A stretch of 64,000 bases of DNA from Pirellulaceae bacterium (GCA_041739875.1 JBGSNA010000157.1:24859-88858); one strand, 5' to 3'; positions 18,850 through 28,718 are shown, counted from the first letter of the stretch. Notes: a model not told the origin generated them from the letters alone. Made by a program: numbers and translations.

Positions 18850-20015
18850 CTGCGCGAGATCGGCTGGATGACGAGTGAGTTCCAGCCAGTGGTATAGTTT
18901 TCGAAGCCAGGTGCGTCGGCAAAGCCGATGCAATGCGGCTTGCCGTCAATCGATACGGTTTTGAAACCCTTCGCTTCTGACTCCACGGACTCGAGCCAAG
19001 ACAGCGGAATCGTCTCCGTGAGTTGGCGTCCAAACGAATCGGCAAGGACTCGTCCCTGATCGTCTGCGATCAACACTCGTGTTGTGTCGCGCTCGTTGGC
19101 GGCCAAGGGAGTGTTCTTGACGATGGATTGAGCGAGCTTGTCCCAGTTGAAAAGGATGCCCAGTGCACCAATTGCTGGTGCGTCCGTTTTCCCACCTTTG
19201 CGCACCGCAGTTGAAAAGATGATCGTCGTCTCATCATTGATCAGCGGGCTCTTGTGCGCCGACTCAAACGCAAACGAAGAACCATTTTTTGTCGCCATTG
19301 CTTTGCTGTACCACGGTGCACGCGCCAAGTCGCGGTCGATGCAACGATAGCGGTTCGGACGACCATTGGCGATCACTTTGCCTTTGATGTCACACAGGAC
19401 CAAGTCCCAATAGACGGTGTAGGAATCCAGAATCGTGGTGAGCCGCTCGCTGGCGTGTTGTGCGGCGTCGCGATTTCGATTGGTCAATGCGTCAACGAGG
19501 TTCGCGTCGGTCGCCCACAAGCGAACGTCACATGTTCGTTCGAAAAGATTGCGGTCAACGAGTTCGATGTTGACATACGCCATATCGCTGAGTCGGTTTC
19601 CTCGAACACTGGTGCCGATCACATCGAGCAACTGCTGGATGTTGCGTTGAGTTCGGCTCGCCATTTGGTTCGCTGCGTCAGCCGTGCTGCTCGACAGCTT
19701 TTGCATTTCAGCGGCAACGACTCCGAACGCAGCGCCATAATCGCCGGCGCGTGCGGCCTCGATGCGCGCATTGAGTGCTAAGAGCTTCGTGCGCGAGTTG
19801 ATCTCATTGATCTCATCGATCGCAGAGTCCATCGTTGCATTGAGCTGTCGCACCAAACGCAGGATATTGTCACTTCCACCGTCAGCCGCCGTGAGCCTTT
19901 TGCCGGTGCCCAAGTCGCTCCGGTTCATGATGCCAGTGTGGATCGCGGGGGAAACTGAATTCGTGTCTGGCACATTTACTTTCGGATCTGGCATGGATTC
20001 ATTTTGGTCGGACAT
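18846..20015 (-). CDS. soluble MCP-signalling-tip protein with C-terminal Cache/PDC-like sensor region
   Basis: Residues about 60-125 match the MCP hairpin tip (TKLLALNARIEAARAGDYGAAFGVVAAEMQKLS). The remainder (RLWATDANLV..WDLVLCDIKGKVIANG..APWYSKAM..IGALGILFNW) looks like a single Cache/PDC fold. There is no TM segment and no HAMP domain. Confidence 0.6.
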   Translation of the reverse strand: MSDQNESMPDPKVNVPDTNSVSPAIHTGIMNRSDLGTGKRLTAADGGSDNILRLVRQLNATMDSAIDEINEINSRTKLLALNARIEAARAGDYGAAFGVVAAEMQKLSSSTADAANQMASRTQRNIQQLLDVIGTSVRGNRLSDMAYVNIELVDRNLFERTCDVRLWATDANLVDALTNRNRDAAQHASERLTTILDSYTVYWDLVLCDIKGKVIANGRPNRYRCIDRDLARAPWYSKAMATKNGSSFAFESAHKSPLINDETTIIFSTAVRKGGKTDAPAIGALGILFNWDKLAQSIVKNTPLAANERDTTRVLIADDQGRVLADSFGRQLTETIPLSWLESVESEAKGFKTVSIDGKPHCIGFADAPGFENYTTGWNSLVIQPISRS

Positions 20016-20208
20016 GAGCGCACCCGGGGGATCGCGATTGCATGAGCTAGACGAGGACGTGCGTGCAATGAACAGTATATTTGCAAAGTCTACGTCTCAA
20101 TCAACGCTCTATCGAGTTGTGGCCGCAAGAATTCAGGGCGGCCATTTTGGTGGAATAATCGGCATTTTCAGCGGGCTGAGCGATCGATCATAGTCTCCAA
20201 ACGCTCAC

Positions 20209-21480
20209 GTGACCGAAGATTGGTCAAGTACCAGGCCCTCGCGACTTGATATGATTTTGAGTCAACACATCCTGCACCCCCCCGCTGTGCCTCCAGACAT
20301 CATGCCGGAACCTGCTGAATCCATGCCGAGCGACGAACGCCGCTCGCCGATTTCCGATGCGGGCTACTCCGCCGTTCGGCGGTCCATGCGGAAAGAAGAG
20401 TCGCTTTCCCGACGGAACTTACTCGGAATGTTGGTGGCGTCTGCGGCTGGTGGATGGCTCATGTTTCGGATGACTCAGAACCAGGTCAGTGTAGATGTCT
20501 CCGCAGAGTCGGGCCGGGTAGCGACGTCAGACGCAGCGTCCAAGCCAGATCCCAAAGTTGTTCGTGCGGCATTCTATGATGCAGAGGTTGAGCCCAAGGT
20601 CTTTGAAACCGATCAAATGAATCGCGAGGCGGCTGATCGTGTCGTCGAGCGTTTGCGTGACACGTTTCGTCAATACCAAGCGGGTGTCAAAGCGTTTGTC
20701 AGTGATCTAACGAGCGTCTCGACTCGGCTCGGGATTGTGAAACGTATGCCAGGCCAATGGTGGGCGGGCGATCAGCGAATCGACGAGTATGTGCGTGAGA
20801 AGTTTGAGAAGCACTTGTTTTCGGAGCAGAAGTTGCTTGACGACATCGGCGCGGTGATCACGACGTTCCAAGAAGAGATCGACGTGAACCAGCGTCGGAT
20901 GCTGACGGAGATTCGAGCATCACTTTCCGCGTCTGACATGCCGCAAGTCAGCATGTCGACCTATGAAGAGTTCTATGACCAAGTCGCCAAGAAGTTGCAG
21001 ACGTATTCGACAAGCCAAGGTTCAGCAACCGTCTACAATGCGCTCACCGTTTTGATTGTCAGTGAAGCTGGAAGCTACGTCGCCACAAGTTTGATTGCTG
21101 GTTTACTCGCGAGGTTTGGTACCGCCGCGGCGGTGTCGACTGTGGCCGCGTCCGGAGCCGCTGCTGGTTCAGCGACCGTTGGTGCTGGTGGTGGCACGTT
21201 GGGCGGACCGGTGGGCGTCGTCGTTGGATTCGGTGTTGGGCTTGCCGTTGGGTTGGTCATTGATTGGTGGATGACCGATAAGTTTGAAACGGAAATGTCA
21301 CTTCAGATGAACGGATACCTTGCCTCGCTTCAACATGCAATTCTGTATGGTGATTCGATCGCCACCGATGACTCGACTCGCGAGGGACTCGTTGGTGCAC
21401 TTCCGATCGTTTGTGATCGGTTACTTGATGCTTATCGTGAACGCTTTTACGCACAAATCGTAACTGGAGACTCCCTGTGA
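20209..21480 (+). CDS. hypothetical membrane protein (RR-motif N-terminal anchor, helical domain, Gly/Ala-rich zipper-like membrane segment)
   Basis: SRRNLLGMLVASAAGGWL at the N-terminus, and a long G/A-rich hydrophobic tract (GAAAGSATVGAGGGTLGGPVGVVVGFGVGLAVGLVIDWW). No family recognised. The start is uncertain (GTG 20209 or ATG 20251). Confidence 0.6.
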   Translation: MTEDWSSTRPSRLDMILSQHILHPPAVPPDIMPEPAESMPSDERRSPISDAGYSAVRRSMRKEESLSRRNLLGMLVASAAGGWLMFRMTQNQVSVDVSAESGRVATSDAASKPDPKVVRAAFYDAEVEPKVFETDQMNREAADRVVERLRDTFRQYQAGVKAFVSDLTSVSTRLGIVKRMPGQWWAGDQRIDEYVREKFEKHLFSEQKLLDDIGAVITTFQEEIDVNQRRMLTEIRASLSASDMPQVSMSTYEEFYDQVAKKLQTYSTSQGSATVYNALTVLIVSEAGSYVATSLIAGLLARFGTAAAVSTVAASGAAAGSATVGAGGGTLGGPVGVVVGFGVGLAVGLVIDWWMTDKFETEMSLQMNGYLASLQHAILYGDSIATDDSTREGLVGALPIVCDRLLDAYRERFYAQIVTGDSL

Positions 21481-22508
21481 ATTTGTCAAAACGCTGTTGT
21501 CTGTTGAGTTTCCTAGCGATCTCCATTTCAATGCCATCGGACGTCGAGATCCAAGCACGCGGCTTACTACCGATAGCGTCCGTGGGCACAACGATCGCCA
21601 AATCGATCACGCGTTTTTTCGGCAAAGAAGGTGCGGAAGAAGGCGCCGAGTACTTGGCAAAAAGCGGTACCAAAGAACTCCTGGAGCGCGTTGCCGCTAC
21701 AGCATCACGAGAAGGCGGTGAAGATGCGGTCAATCGTGTTGCCAAGCTCGCCGCCGACCACGGCCCAGAAGCTTTGTCGGCTCTCGACAATGTGCCAAGT
21801 GTGATGCCAGTGCTTAACGCACTCAATGAATTGCCCGCAGGTGACATCAAGAAATCGCTCGTTCGATTGTCGGCGGGTAAAAGTGGTCGCGAATTAGCGG
21901 AAGCTGTAACGATCCATGGTGGAGCGGTTCTTCGTAGTGAATTGAAGCATCCGGGTGTTGGCTTAGTTCTCGTCCGTTCGCTCGGTGACGAGGGCGCTGA
22001 ACTTGCCACGCGATTGACAAGTGATCAAGCGATCGCTGTGGCACGTCACGCCGACGAATTTGCTGCACTGCCCAGTCCCCAGCGACAAGGTGTGCTCGCG
22101 TTGCTGTATTCCGATACGCAGCGCATGGTTGGGTTCTTGGGGCGTTTTGTTCAAGCGAATCCTGGCAAAACACTTTTTACGGCTGCGACGACAACCGTCA
22201 TTCTTGCTGAGCCAGAGAGGATTTTGGGCGGGGACGAGATTGTCTATGACGCGGATGGCAATCCGATTGTTGTGTCCAAGTCCGGTTTACTCGGACGATC
22301 GATTGACGTCACCGGCGGTGTCGCTGAGCACGTCTCGGAGCGATACATTCGGCCAATGTTTTTTGCGGTGGCGGCGTTCTTGGGGCTGTTCTTTGGTATG
22401 TACGCGATCGTGAAGCTCTGGCACACACATCGTCGTGAGCAACTCAAGACGAGTCAGATACTGAACGACGAAAAGCCGATCATTGACTCGCACGCAACCA
22501 AGCGGTAG
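21477..22508 (+). CDS. hypothetical secreted/membrane-anchored helical-repeat protein
   Basis: The GTG start overlaps the upstream stop (GTGA). It has a signal-like N-terminus (CCLLSFLAISISMP), an A/E/L-rich helical body and a C-terminal TM (MFFAVAAFLGLFFGMYAIV). Confidence 0.6.
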   Translation: MNLSKRCCLLSFLAISISMPSDVEIQARGLLPIASVGTTIAKSITRFFGKEGAEEGAEYLAKSGTKELLERVAATASREGGEDAVNRVAKLAADHGPEALSALDNVPSVMPVLNALNELPAGDIKKSLVRLSAGKSGRELAEAVTIHGGAVLRSELKHPGVGLVLVRSLGDEGAELATRLTSDQAIAVARHADEFAALPSPQRQGVLALLYSDTQRMVGFLGRFVQANPGKTLFTAATTTVILAEPERILGGDEIVYDADGNPIVVSKSGLLGRSIDVTGGVAEHVSERYIRPMFFAVAAFLGLFFGMYAIVKLWHTHRREQLKTSQILNDEKPIIDSHATKR

Positions 22509-22517
22509 CGAGTCACG

Positions 22518-24173
22518 CTAGTCCTTGCCAGGTGCGCTATCCCACCAGGTTGCATTGGGGGACCAGTTCGGTTCAAGCATTGCTGCATGAGTTTTTTCGA
22601 GTGATTGCTTCAGCGTCGTATGCGCGCGTTCCCATTTCTGGGCCGTGCGCTGGGGATCGTAACGCGGATCGGGCTCTGGGTATTTGGCATTAACGCTTTC
22701 AAGCCATTCATGAAGTTGCTCGTACATGGCCCGCACTCGATCGGGTTGTTGAACCGCTAGGTCCATCTGTTCGCTCGGATCGTTTTTGAGGTTGTAAAGC
22801 TCGTTTCGTCCGTCTTCGTAGTAGTGAATCAGCTTTTCGTCACCCACGCGAATGATGGAACTTGGTTCGCCGCCCTGGTTGTCATAGTGCGGATAGTGCC
22901 AATAGAGCGGACGCTGCGCGATGGACTCGCCTTTAAGAAGTGGCACCAGGCTTTTTCCGTCCCGATGGTTTTCTGGGCGAAGTTCTAAGCCGCACAGTTC
23001 GAGGATTGTGGGGTAAAAGTCGGCGCCCGTAACGGGTGTGTCGTTGATTGCTCCGCCACCAAGTCTTGGAAAGCGGATATAGAAAGGTTCACGGATGCCG
23101 CCTTCCCATTGACGTCCTTTGCCGCCTCGCAGTGGCAAATTGCATGTCGCGAACGCATCACCGGACGACACACCGCCATTGTCGCTGGTGAAGATGACGA
23201 CCGTCGATTCACGGATACCATGGTCATCGATGGCCGCGAGTACTTCGCCCACCGCCGCATCCATCGCTTCGATCATTCCAGCGTAGACGGGGTGATCTTG
23301 AACTTGACGTACTGGTAACGTGCGGTCGATTTTGAAGCGTTCGGCATCAGGACCCAGCTTGGGTGCAAGGTCGCGGTACTTCGACCAAAGCTCCTTCGTT
23401 GTCTGGACCGGCGCATGCACACTGTAGAATGACAACATTGCAAAGAACGGCTTGTCGCCCGATTCGCGAATGAACTGGCTCGTCTCTTTCCCTAGCCGCA
23501 TCGGCAGCGATTCGCCGGCCGCTCCATCGGCAAGTTTTGGATTGTTGAAGGGCGAGAAAAATCCCCCAGGCGGCGAGCCCTTGTCCAGGCCACCGATGTT
23601 GATGTCGTAACCGTGGTCCGTTGGCAGTGATCCCTCACCGCCCAAGTGCCATTTGCCGGCGAAGAATGTAGCGTAACCAGCGTCACGAAGAGCCTCCGCG
23701 ATCGTGACATCGGCTGCGGGAAGCTCGTGTAGGTATTCGGCGGGAAGCACCACATCGTCTCGGTTCCACTTCAACCCAGATGCTGCGCCAATCCAATTCG
23801 TAATCCCATGCCGGGCCGGGAATTGACCCAGCTGGATACTTGCTCGGGAGGGACTGCAAACACAGCACGTTGCGTAGCCTTGGGTGAAACGCATGCCTTC
23901 ATTTGCCAAGCGATCGATATTTGGACTTCGGTAAAAGGAACTTCCCTCCACCGACAAGTCGTGCAGTCCCATGTCATCGATCAGGATCAAGACCACATTC
24001 GGTCGCTTGGTCGACTCGGCCTTGAGTGGCGGCGCATTAAGGACAGGCAGCAAGACCGCGAAAAATGTTGGAACGACGAGTGTCGAAATGCGGTGAAGCA
24101 AAGAAAGTGGCAAGATTCGGCGGCAAACCGACGTTCCAAATCCAGACATCGACTTGGCAGACAATGGAATCAT
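22518..24173 (-). CDS. sulfatase (formylglycine-dependent arylsulfatase family)
   Basis: N-terminal signal sequence, ILIDDMG metal-binding start, and the C-x-P-x-R motif CSPSRASIQLG. Confidence 0.9.
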   Translation of the reverse strand: MIPLSAKSMSGFGTSVCRRILPLSLLHRISTLVVPTFFAVLLPVLNAPPLKAESTKRPNVVLILIDDMGLHDLSVEGSSFYRSPNIDRLANEGMRFTQGYATCCVCSPSRASIQLGQFPARHGITNWIGAASGLKWNRDDVVLPAEYLHELPAADVTIAEALRDAGYATFFAGKWHLGGEGSLPTDHGYDINIGGLDKGSPPGGFFSPFNNPKLADGAAGESLPMRLGKETSQFIRESGDKPFFAMLSFYSVHAPVQTTKELWSKYRDLAPKLGPDAERFKIDRTLPVRQVQDHPVYAGMIEAMDAAVGEVLAAIDDHGIRESTVVIFTSDNGGVSSGDAFATCNLPLRGGKGRQWEGGIREPFYIRFPRLGGGAINDTPVTGADFYPTILELCGLELRPENHRDGKSLVPLLKGESIAQRPLYWHYPHYDNQGGEPSSIIRVGDEKLIHYYEDGRNELYNLKNDPSEQMDLAVQQPDRVRAMYEQLHEWLESVNAKYPEPDPRYDPQRTAQKWERAHTTLKQSLEKTHAAMLEPNWSPNATWWDSAPGKD

Positions 24174-24409
24174 GTTGAATCACTTTTCGTTGGGTGGCGG
24201 CAATCGGGCTGCGGCAATCGGGCTTGGCCCGGAAATGTCAATCATTGTCGCTCCGTACAAACGGATCGAGCAAACCGAAGTTCGACTCAAGAGCTATCAT
24301 GCTAACGGAACCGAGCCAGCGGGACGATGGTCGAATGGATCAAGTGGATAAGACTTGCTGCTTTGAACCAATCTGCCAACAATGAATCGGCTTCCAGGAG
24401 TAAAGCATT

Positions 24410-25066
24410 ATGAACACACAAACCACTTCTTTGTGGAAAATTCTAACTGGACTATCCGTACTTGGCGTTGTTTTCACGGCTTCGTGCGGGGGAGTTCAGT
24501 CTCCCGGTCAAGCGGCGATTGATTCCAAACCAGAAACCTTAGCGGGGACTAACATGAAGACTGAAAAAGCAATTTTGGCCGGTGGATGCTTTTGGGGAAT
24601 GGAAGATCTATTTCGCCAGCTACCAGGTGTGGTGTCGACTCGCGTCGGGTACACCGGCGGTGATGTGGACAATGCCACCTATCGCAATCACGGTACGCAC
24701 GCCGAAGCGATCGAAGTTGTTTATGATCCGAGCAAGACCGAGTTCCGCAAACTGCTTGAGTTCTTCTTTCAAATCCATGATCCCACCACCATCAATCGTC
24801 AAGGCAATGACCGTGGGACGTCGTATCGCTCGGCGATCTATTACACCAACGACGAACAAAATCGAGTTGCTTTGGACACGATTGAAGACGTTAACGCGTC
24901 CGGTTTGTGGCCTGGTAAAGTCGTAACGGAAGTCGAACCGGCGAGCAGTTTTTGGGACGCGGAACCCGAGCATCAAAACTACCTCGTTCGAAACCCTGGC
25001 GGTTACACGTGTCATTTCCCCCGGAAGGATTGGGTGTTGCCTAAGCGAGCAAACGCGAGCGAGTGA
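24410..25066 (+). CDS. msrA: peptide-methionine (S)-S-oxide reductase, predicted lipoprotein
   Basis: Active-site motif GCFWGME. The N-terminal signal has a lipobox-like FTASC. Confidence 0.92.
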   Translation: MNTQTTSLWKILTGLSVLGVVFTASCGGVQSPGQAAIDSKPETLAGTNMKTEKAILAGGCFWGMEDLFRQLPGVVSTRVGYTGGDVDNATYRNHGTHAEAIEVVYDPSKTEFRKLLEFFFQIHDPTTINRQGNDRGTSYRSAIYYTNDEQNRVALDTIEDVNASGLWPGKVVTEVEPASSFWDAEPEHQNYLVRNPGGYTCHFPRKDWVLPKRANASE

Positions 25067-25206
25067 ATCTTGCGGCTTTTCGTATTCCGCTCCAACGGCC
25101 GATCGTTTATCACAGAATAGAAGGCCGGGCTCGTGGTTATCTTGGAATGCTTTTTCACACGGGGAGCGGCGAGTTCACTCATTGAAATCTCATTGAAAAT
25201 TTGATC

Positions 25207-25647
25207 ATGTCAATCACCAGACAAAACACCGGTCGAAACGTGATGTTTGCAGGCTTGGTCGTTCTCGCGATTGTCGGGTGTTCACGATCCCAGGAGCAAT
25301 TTCACGTCGATTCGGCTGAACTCGATTCGCGAATTGAGCGAGAAGGAACGGTGCTCGTGAAGTTTGGCGCGACATGGTGTGGACCGTGTCGGCAACTCGA
25401 TTCGGAGCTTGAAGAGTTGGTGCCACTTGCGAAGGGTAAAGCTGAAATTGTGATGGTCGATATTGATGATGAACCTGGATTGGCTCGTCGCTACAAAATC
25501 AGTTCGATTCCGCGGTTGATGCTGTTTCAAGACGGAAAAAAAGTTCACGACTCAGTCGGCTTCGTGAGAGCCGATGAGATGATGAGCTGGATCAAGAACG
25601 TCACTCCGACTCATGGCAACGTGGTCGCGAACTCTTACGTTGACTAG
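25207..25647 (+). CDS. thioredoxin-fold protein, predicted lipoprotein
   Basis: WCGPC active site, and an N-terminal signal with lipobox-like AIVGC. ATG 25207 is chosen; the track ORF opens at TTG 25201. Confidence 0.85.
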   Translation: MSITRQNTGRNVMFAGLVVLAIVGCSRSQEQFHVDSAELDSRIEREGTVLVKFGATWCGPCRQLDSELEELVPLAKGKAEIVMVDIDDEPGLARRYKISSIPRLMLFQDGKKVHDSVGFVRADEMMSWIKNVTPTHGNVVANSYVD

Positions 25648-25669
25648 ATGATCGTCGAGTTGTTGGAAT

Positions 25670-27007
25670 TCATGACACCAATGTTCGCTTGATGAGCTCA
25701 ACGAGTTCGTCGGGTGCTTCGTGCGTGTAGGCGACGTCGGCGGATTCTTTGGTGGCGAGCGTTTTTACTTGGCACTTTCCAGCGGACCATTCGTTCTCAC
25801 CGGCGATAATGGCAATGGCGAAACCATGGGCGTCAGCGTACTTGAGTTGCTGGCCGAGTTTCTTCGCGTCAGGATAGACTTCGACGGCGATACCCGCTTC
25901 GCGAAGTCGCGTCGCCATTCTCAGGTAGTCATTACGACGAGGTTCGTCAAACAGCGGTATGAAAACGGGCGCTGGCGTTGACGCTTGCGGCAGCAAGTTC
26001 AGTTGCTCCATTGCGGCCAGCAATCGATCCAGCCCGAGTGAGGCGCCGATACCCGGCAAGTGCTGTTTCGTGTACAAGCCAGCCAAATTGTCGTAGCGTC
26101 CGCCGCTGCAAATGCTACCGATGCCTGGTAAGTCGTCCAATGTCGTTTCGAAGATGACGCCCGTGTAGTAGTCCAGTCCGCGAGCGATCGACGGATCGAG
26201 TTGGATGCGATCCGGTGACACCCCCGCAGCCACGGCGCCTGAGTGAATTTCAGCGAGTCGAGTCACAGCCGCTTTGCCGTCATCGATGTCCCCAACGAGA
26301 TCGCCGAGCTTAGCGAGAATCTCGCTTGAGGTTCCGGTACAGTCGGCGAGTTGAAGCACGGTTTCCGCTTGGGCAGAATCAACTTCGGCGGCTCGACACA
26401 TTTCTTGGATCGTTGCATCGCGACCGATCTTCGCGAGCTTATCGAGGCTGCGCAAAATCGGAACGGTCTTGTCCGCCAAATTGAGTTTCGTCATCAGTGA
26501 CGTGAGGATGCCGCGATTGTTGATCGCGATCGTGAACCGATCAAAGCCGATGGACCTGAGCAGGGTGTCGATGACAACAACGGCTTCGATGTCGGCCATC
26601 ACGGATTCAGTCCCGATGGTGTCAAAGTCGCACTGAACGAACTCGCGATAGCGACCGGCTTGAGGAGCTTCGCCGCGCCATACAGGAGCGATGTGATAGC
26701 GTTTGAACGGGGTTCCGAGCGTCGCGATGTGTTGGGCAGCGAAACGTGCGAGTGGAACCGTCAGATCGAAACGCATGGCAACGTCGCGACCACCAGCATC
26801 TTGGAAGCGATAGATTTGACGATCCGTTTCGTCGCTGCCTTTGCCTGTGAGAATCTCGAGGTATTCAAGTGCTGGCGTGTCGATCGGTGCGAAACCGAAC
26901 GAGCGAAAGACTTCTCTTGCGGTTTGCATGATACCTTCGCGTGGAATCATGATCGACGGCAAATAGTCTCGAAATCCTTTGAGCGTACGGGGCTGGATCA
27001 GCGCCAT
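25670..27007 (-). CDS. hisS: histidine--tRNA ligase
   Basis: Class II aaRS motifs in HisRS context: GFRDYLP, RYREFVQCDFD, GGRYDNL. A C-terminal anticodon-binding domain is present. Confidence 0.95.
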   Translation of the reverse strand: MALIQPRTLKGFRDYLPSIMIPREGIMQTAREVFRSFGFAPIDTPALEYLEILTGKGSDETDRQIYRFQDAGGRDVAMRFDLTVPLARFAAQHIATLGTPFKRYHIAPVWRGEAPQAGRYREFVQCDFDTIGTESVMADIEAVVVIDTLLRSIGFDRFTIAINNRGILTSLMTKLNLADKTVPILRSLDKLAKIGRDATIQEMCRAAEVDSAQAETVLQLADCTGTSSEILAKLGDLVGDIDDGKAAVTRLAEIHSGAVAAGVSPDRIQLDPSIARGLDYYTGVIFETTLDDLPGIGSICSGGRYDNLAGLYTKQHLPGIGASLGLDRLLAAMEQLNLLPQASTPAPVFIPLFDEPRRNDYLRMATRLREAGIAVEVYPDAKKLGQQLKYADAHGFAIAIIAGENEWSAGKCQVKTLATKESADVAYTHEAPDELVELIKRTLVS

Positions 27008-27088
27008 TGAGTGTTCCTAAAACGGTCAGCAGATGAAATGGGATTGAAAGACCCGATTTTTTTTCAGTCCGGGGTCCTGCTGCGTGAC

Positions 27089-27556
27089 CTACGAAACCAC
27101 TGGCAATCCAGTCGGACGTCGGCTACGAATTGCTTCTCGTGCCGACGCGTTGGGTGGCGGGAACTGAGGCCCGTAAAGAGCATCCGCGTATTCGTCGATT
27201 TGCTCAGGGGTTTCGAAATACTTGTCGTAGCACCAATCGTCTTCGAATTCGCAAGCTTCTGTCGTGTATTCGCGACAAATCTGGGGTCTTGTTTCGTAGA
27301 TCCCACAGCGATAATCGCTCTGTAGATGCTTACAGGCCGTGTGGACAAGCAGATACCAGGTGTCATCATCGACAAAGACGCTGGCTTGATCGTGCAACAA
27401 ATACCAACGGATAAAGTCAAAATCTTTGCGGCTTGCGGGTTCGTCAATCGGCAGTGCAAAGTAACGACAGCACTTGGCAACACAATGTTCACAAAGATTC
27501 GCGGCTTTGGGATGATCAGCCCGGCGTCGCTTGACGGGAGCGGTGGCGGTCGACAT
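27089..27556 (-). CDS. YkgJ-family (CxxCxxCC) zinc/iron-chelating cysteine-cluster protein
   Basis: Motif CEHCVAKCCRYF plus downstream Cys residues (CKHL..RCGIYETRPQICREY). Internal ATG 27556 is chosen because the upstream extension looks non-coding. Confidence 0.7.
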   Translation of the reverse strand: MSTATAPVKRRRADHPKAANLCEHCVAKCCRYFALPIDEPASRKDFDFIRWYLLHDQASVFVDDDTWYLLVHTACKHLQSDYRCGIYETRPQICREYTTEACEFEDDWCYDKYFETPEQIDEYADALYGPQFPPPNASAREAIRSRRPTGLPVVS

Positions 27557-27752
27557 GTTTCGGCTCTCGTTGGTTGTGTCCACTGTTTTCGGGGGCAATT
27601 CCACAAAGCCTAGCAAAGCGCCCAGAATAGCAAAATGCCCCGGTTTGGAAGCATTCTTGCCGCGGTGGCCGCAATGCACGTAAGCTCGACTCGAATTCAG
27701 ACGCCATCACGACACCCAGCACCCACTTTACGCCCAGCACCCAGCAGAACCT

Positions 27753-28628
27753 ATGGAAGTCGTCATCACCGCATTGGGGCCCGATAACGTTGGGCTAGCG
27801 GATCCGATCATTCACCACGTCACCGGTCGCGGGGCTCGGATTGCCGAGATCCAAATGTATGACCACGACGAGGAACAGCTCTTTGCGATGCTGTGTCGGC
27901 TCGATATCGACGCCGCTGAGTATCCACGGCTCCAAGACGCGATGCAGCAAATTGGCGAACACACGGGTTTGGCGATCCGCGTTTGGAGTCCTGACGCACA
28001 CGCACCCAAGCCTCGGCTCGCGCTCTGCGGTACTTTTGTCGAGCACACGCCCCAGGCGATCCTCGACGCAGTGAAATCGGGCACGATTGGCGCCGAAGTC
28101 GCTGTGCTGATCTCGAATCGTCGAAAGTTGCAAACGTTGGCGGAAAGCTACGGTGTTCCGTTTCGCAACATTGGAGACGAGACCGGCAAAGTGGATGACG
28201 CTGATCTGGTCGCGTTATTGGACGAGTTTGACGTCGACTATGTGATTCTTGCACGGTACATGCGTGTGCTGTCGGCGAACACGTGTTGGCAATTCGCTGG
28301 TGGTCGCATCATCAATTTGCATCACGGGCTGCTTCCCGGATTCCCTGGCTTTCGACCTTACCAAGACGCTTACAACGCGAGAATGTTGACGTACGGCGCC
28401 ACGTGCCACTTCATCATCCCCGAACTGGACGCGGGCAACCAAACGATTAACCAACGGACGTTCTCCGTGAATCCAGGCACTCCTTTGGACGAAATCATAC
28501 GAACGGGCGAAAGCACGAACGAACCCGCGTGTCTTGCCGAGGGCGTCCGACGCGTCGTGGATCGCGAAGTCCACCTGCATTTTCATCGCGTAGCCGTTCG
28601 AAAGCCGTTGATAGCAAAAGCGACATAG
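27753..28628 (+). CDS. purU: formyltetrahydrofolate deformylase
   Basis: N-terminal ACT-like domain followed by a formyltransferase core (ILARYMRVLS, IINLHHGLLPGF). Confidence 0.9.
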   Translation: MEVVITALGPDNVGLADPIIHHVTGRGARIAEIQMYDHDEEQLFAMLCRLDIDAAEYPRLQDAMQQIGEHTGLAIRVWSPDAHAPKPRLALCGTFVEHTPQAILDAVKSGTIGAEVAVLISNRRKLQTLAESYGVPFRNIGDETGKVDDADLVALLDEFDVDYVILARYMRVLSANTCWQFAGGRIINLHHGLLPGFPGFRPYQDAYNARMLTYGATCHFIIPELDAGNQTINQRTFSVNPGTPLDEIIRTGESTNEPACLAEGVRRVVDREVHLHFHRVAVRKPLIAKAT

Positions 28629-28718
28629 ATTCATCTTGAAACTGTGTCTGGATCACAGTTATAGAGACTCGTTGCAGTTTTACTGGATCGCGATGCGTTG
28701 GTTTCCGAAAGGATTCGG

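Noticed and set aside
21257-22009. A 250-aa minus-strand ORF.
   Set aside because: It overlaps the coupled plus-strand gene pair. It is S/P/R/A-rich with low complexity, and the plus-strand frames have signal and TM features and a GTGA junction.
24197-24224. A perfect 14-bp tandem duplication, GCGGCAATCGGGCT x2, in the sulfatase/msrA divergent spacer.
   Set aside because: There are only two copies of a short unit with no associated structure or ORF. It is most simply a replication-slippage scar, noted but not considered informative.
27700-27745. A thrice-repeated CCCAGCACCCA-like motif upstream of purU.
   Set aside because: The repeats are imperfect and short in a 73-nt spacer. I checked for a ZTP/pfl-type riboswitch, which is often near folate and purine genes, and found none of its conserved blocks.
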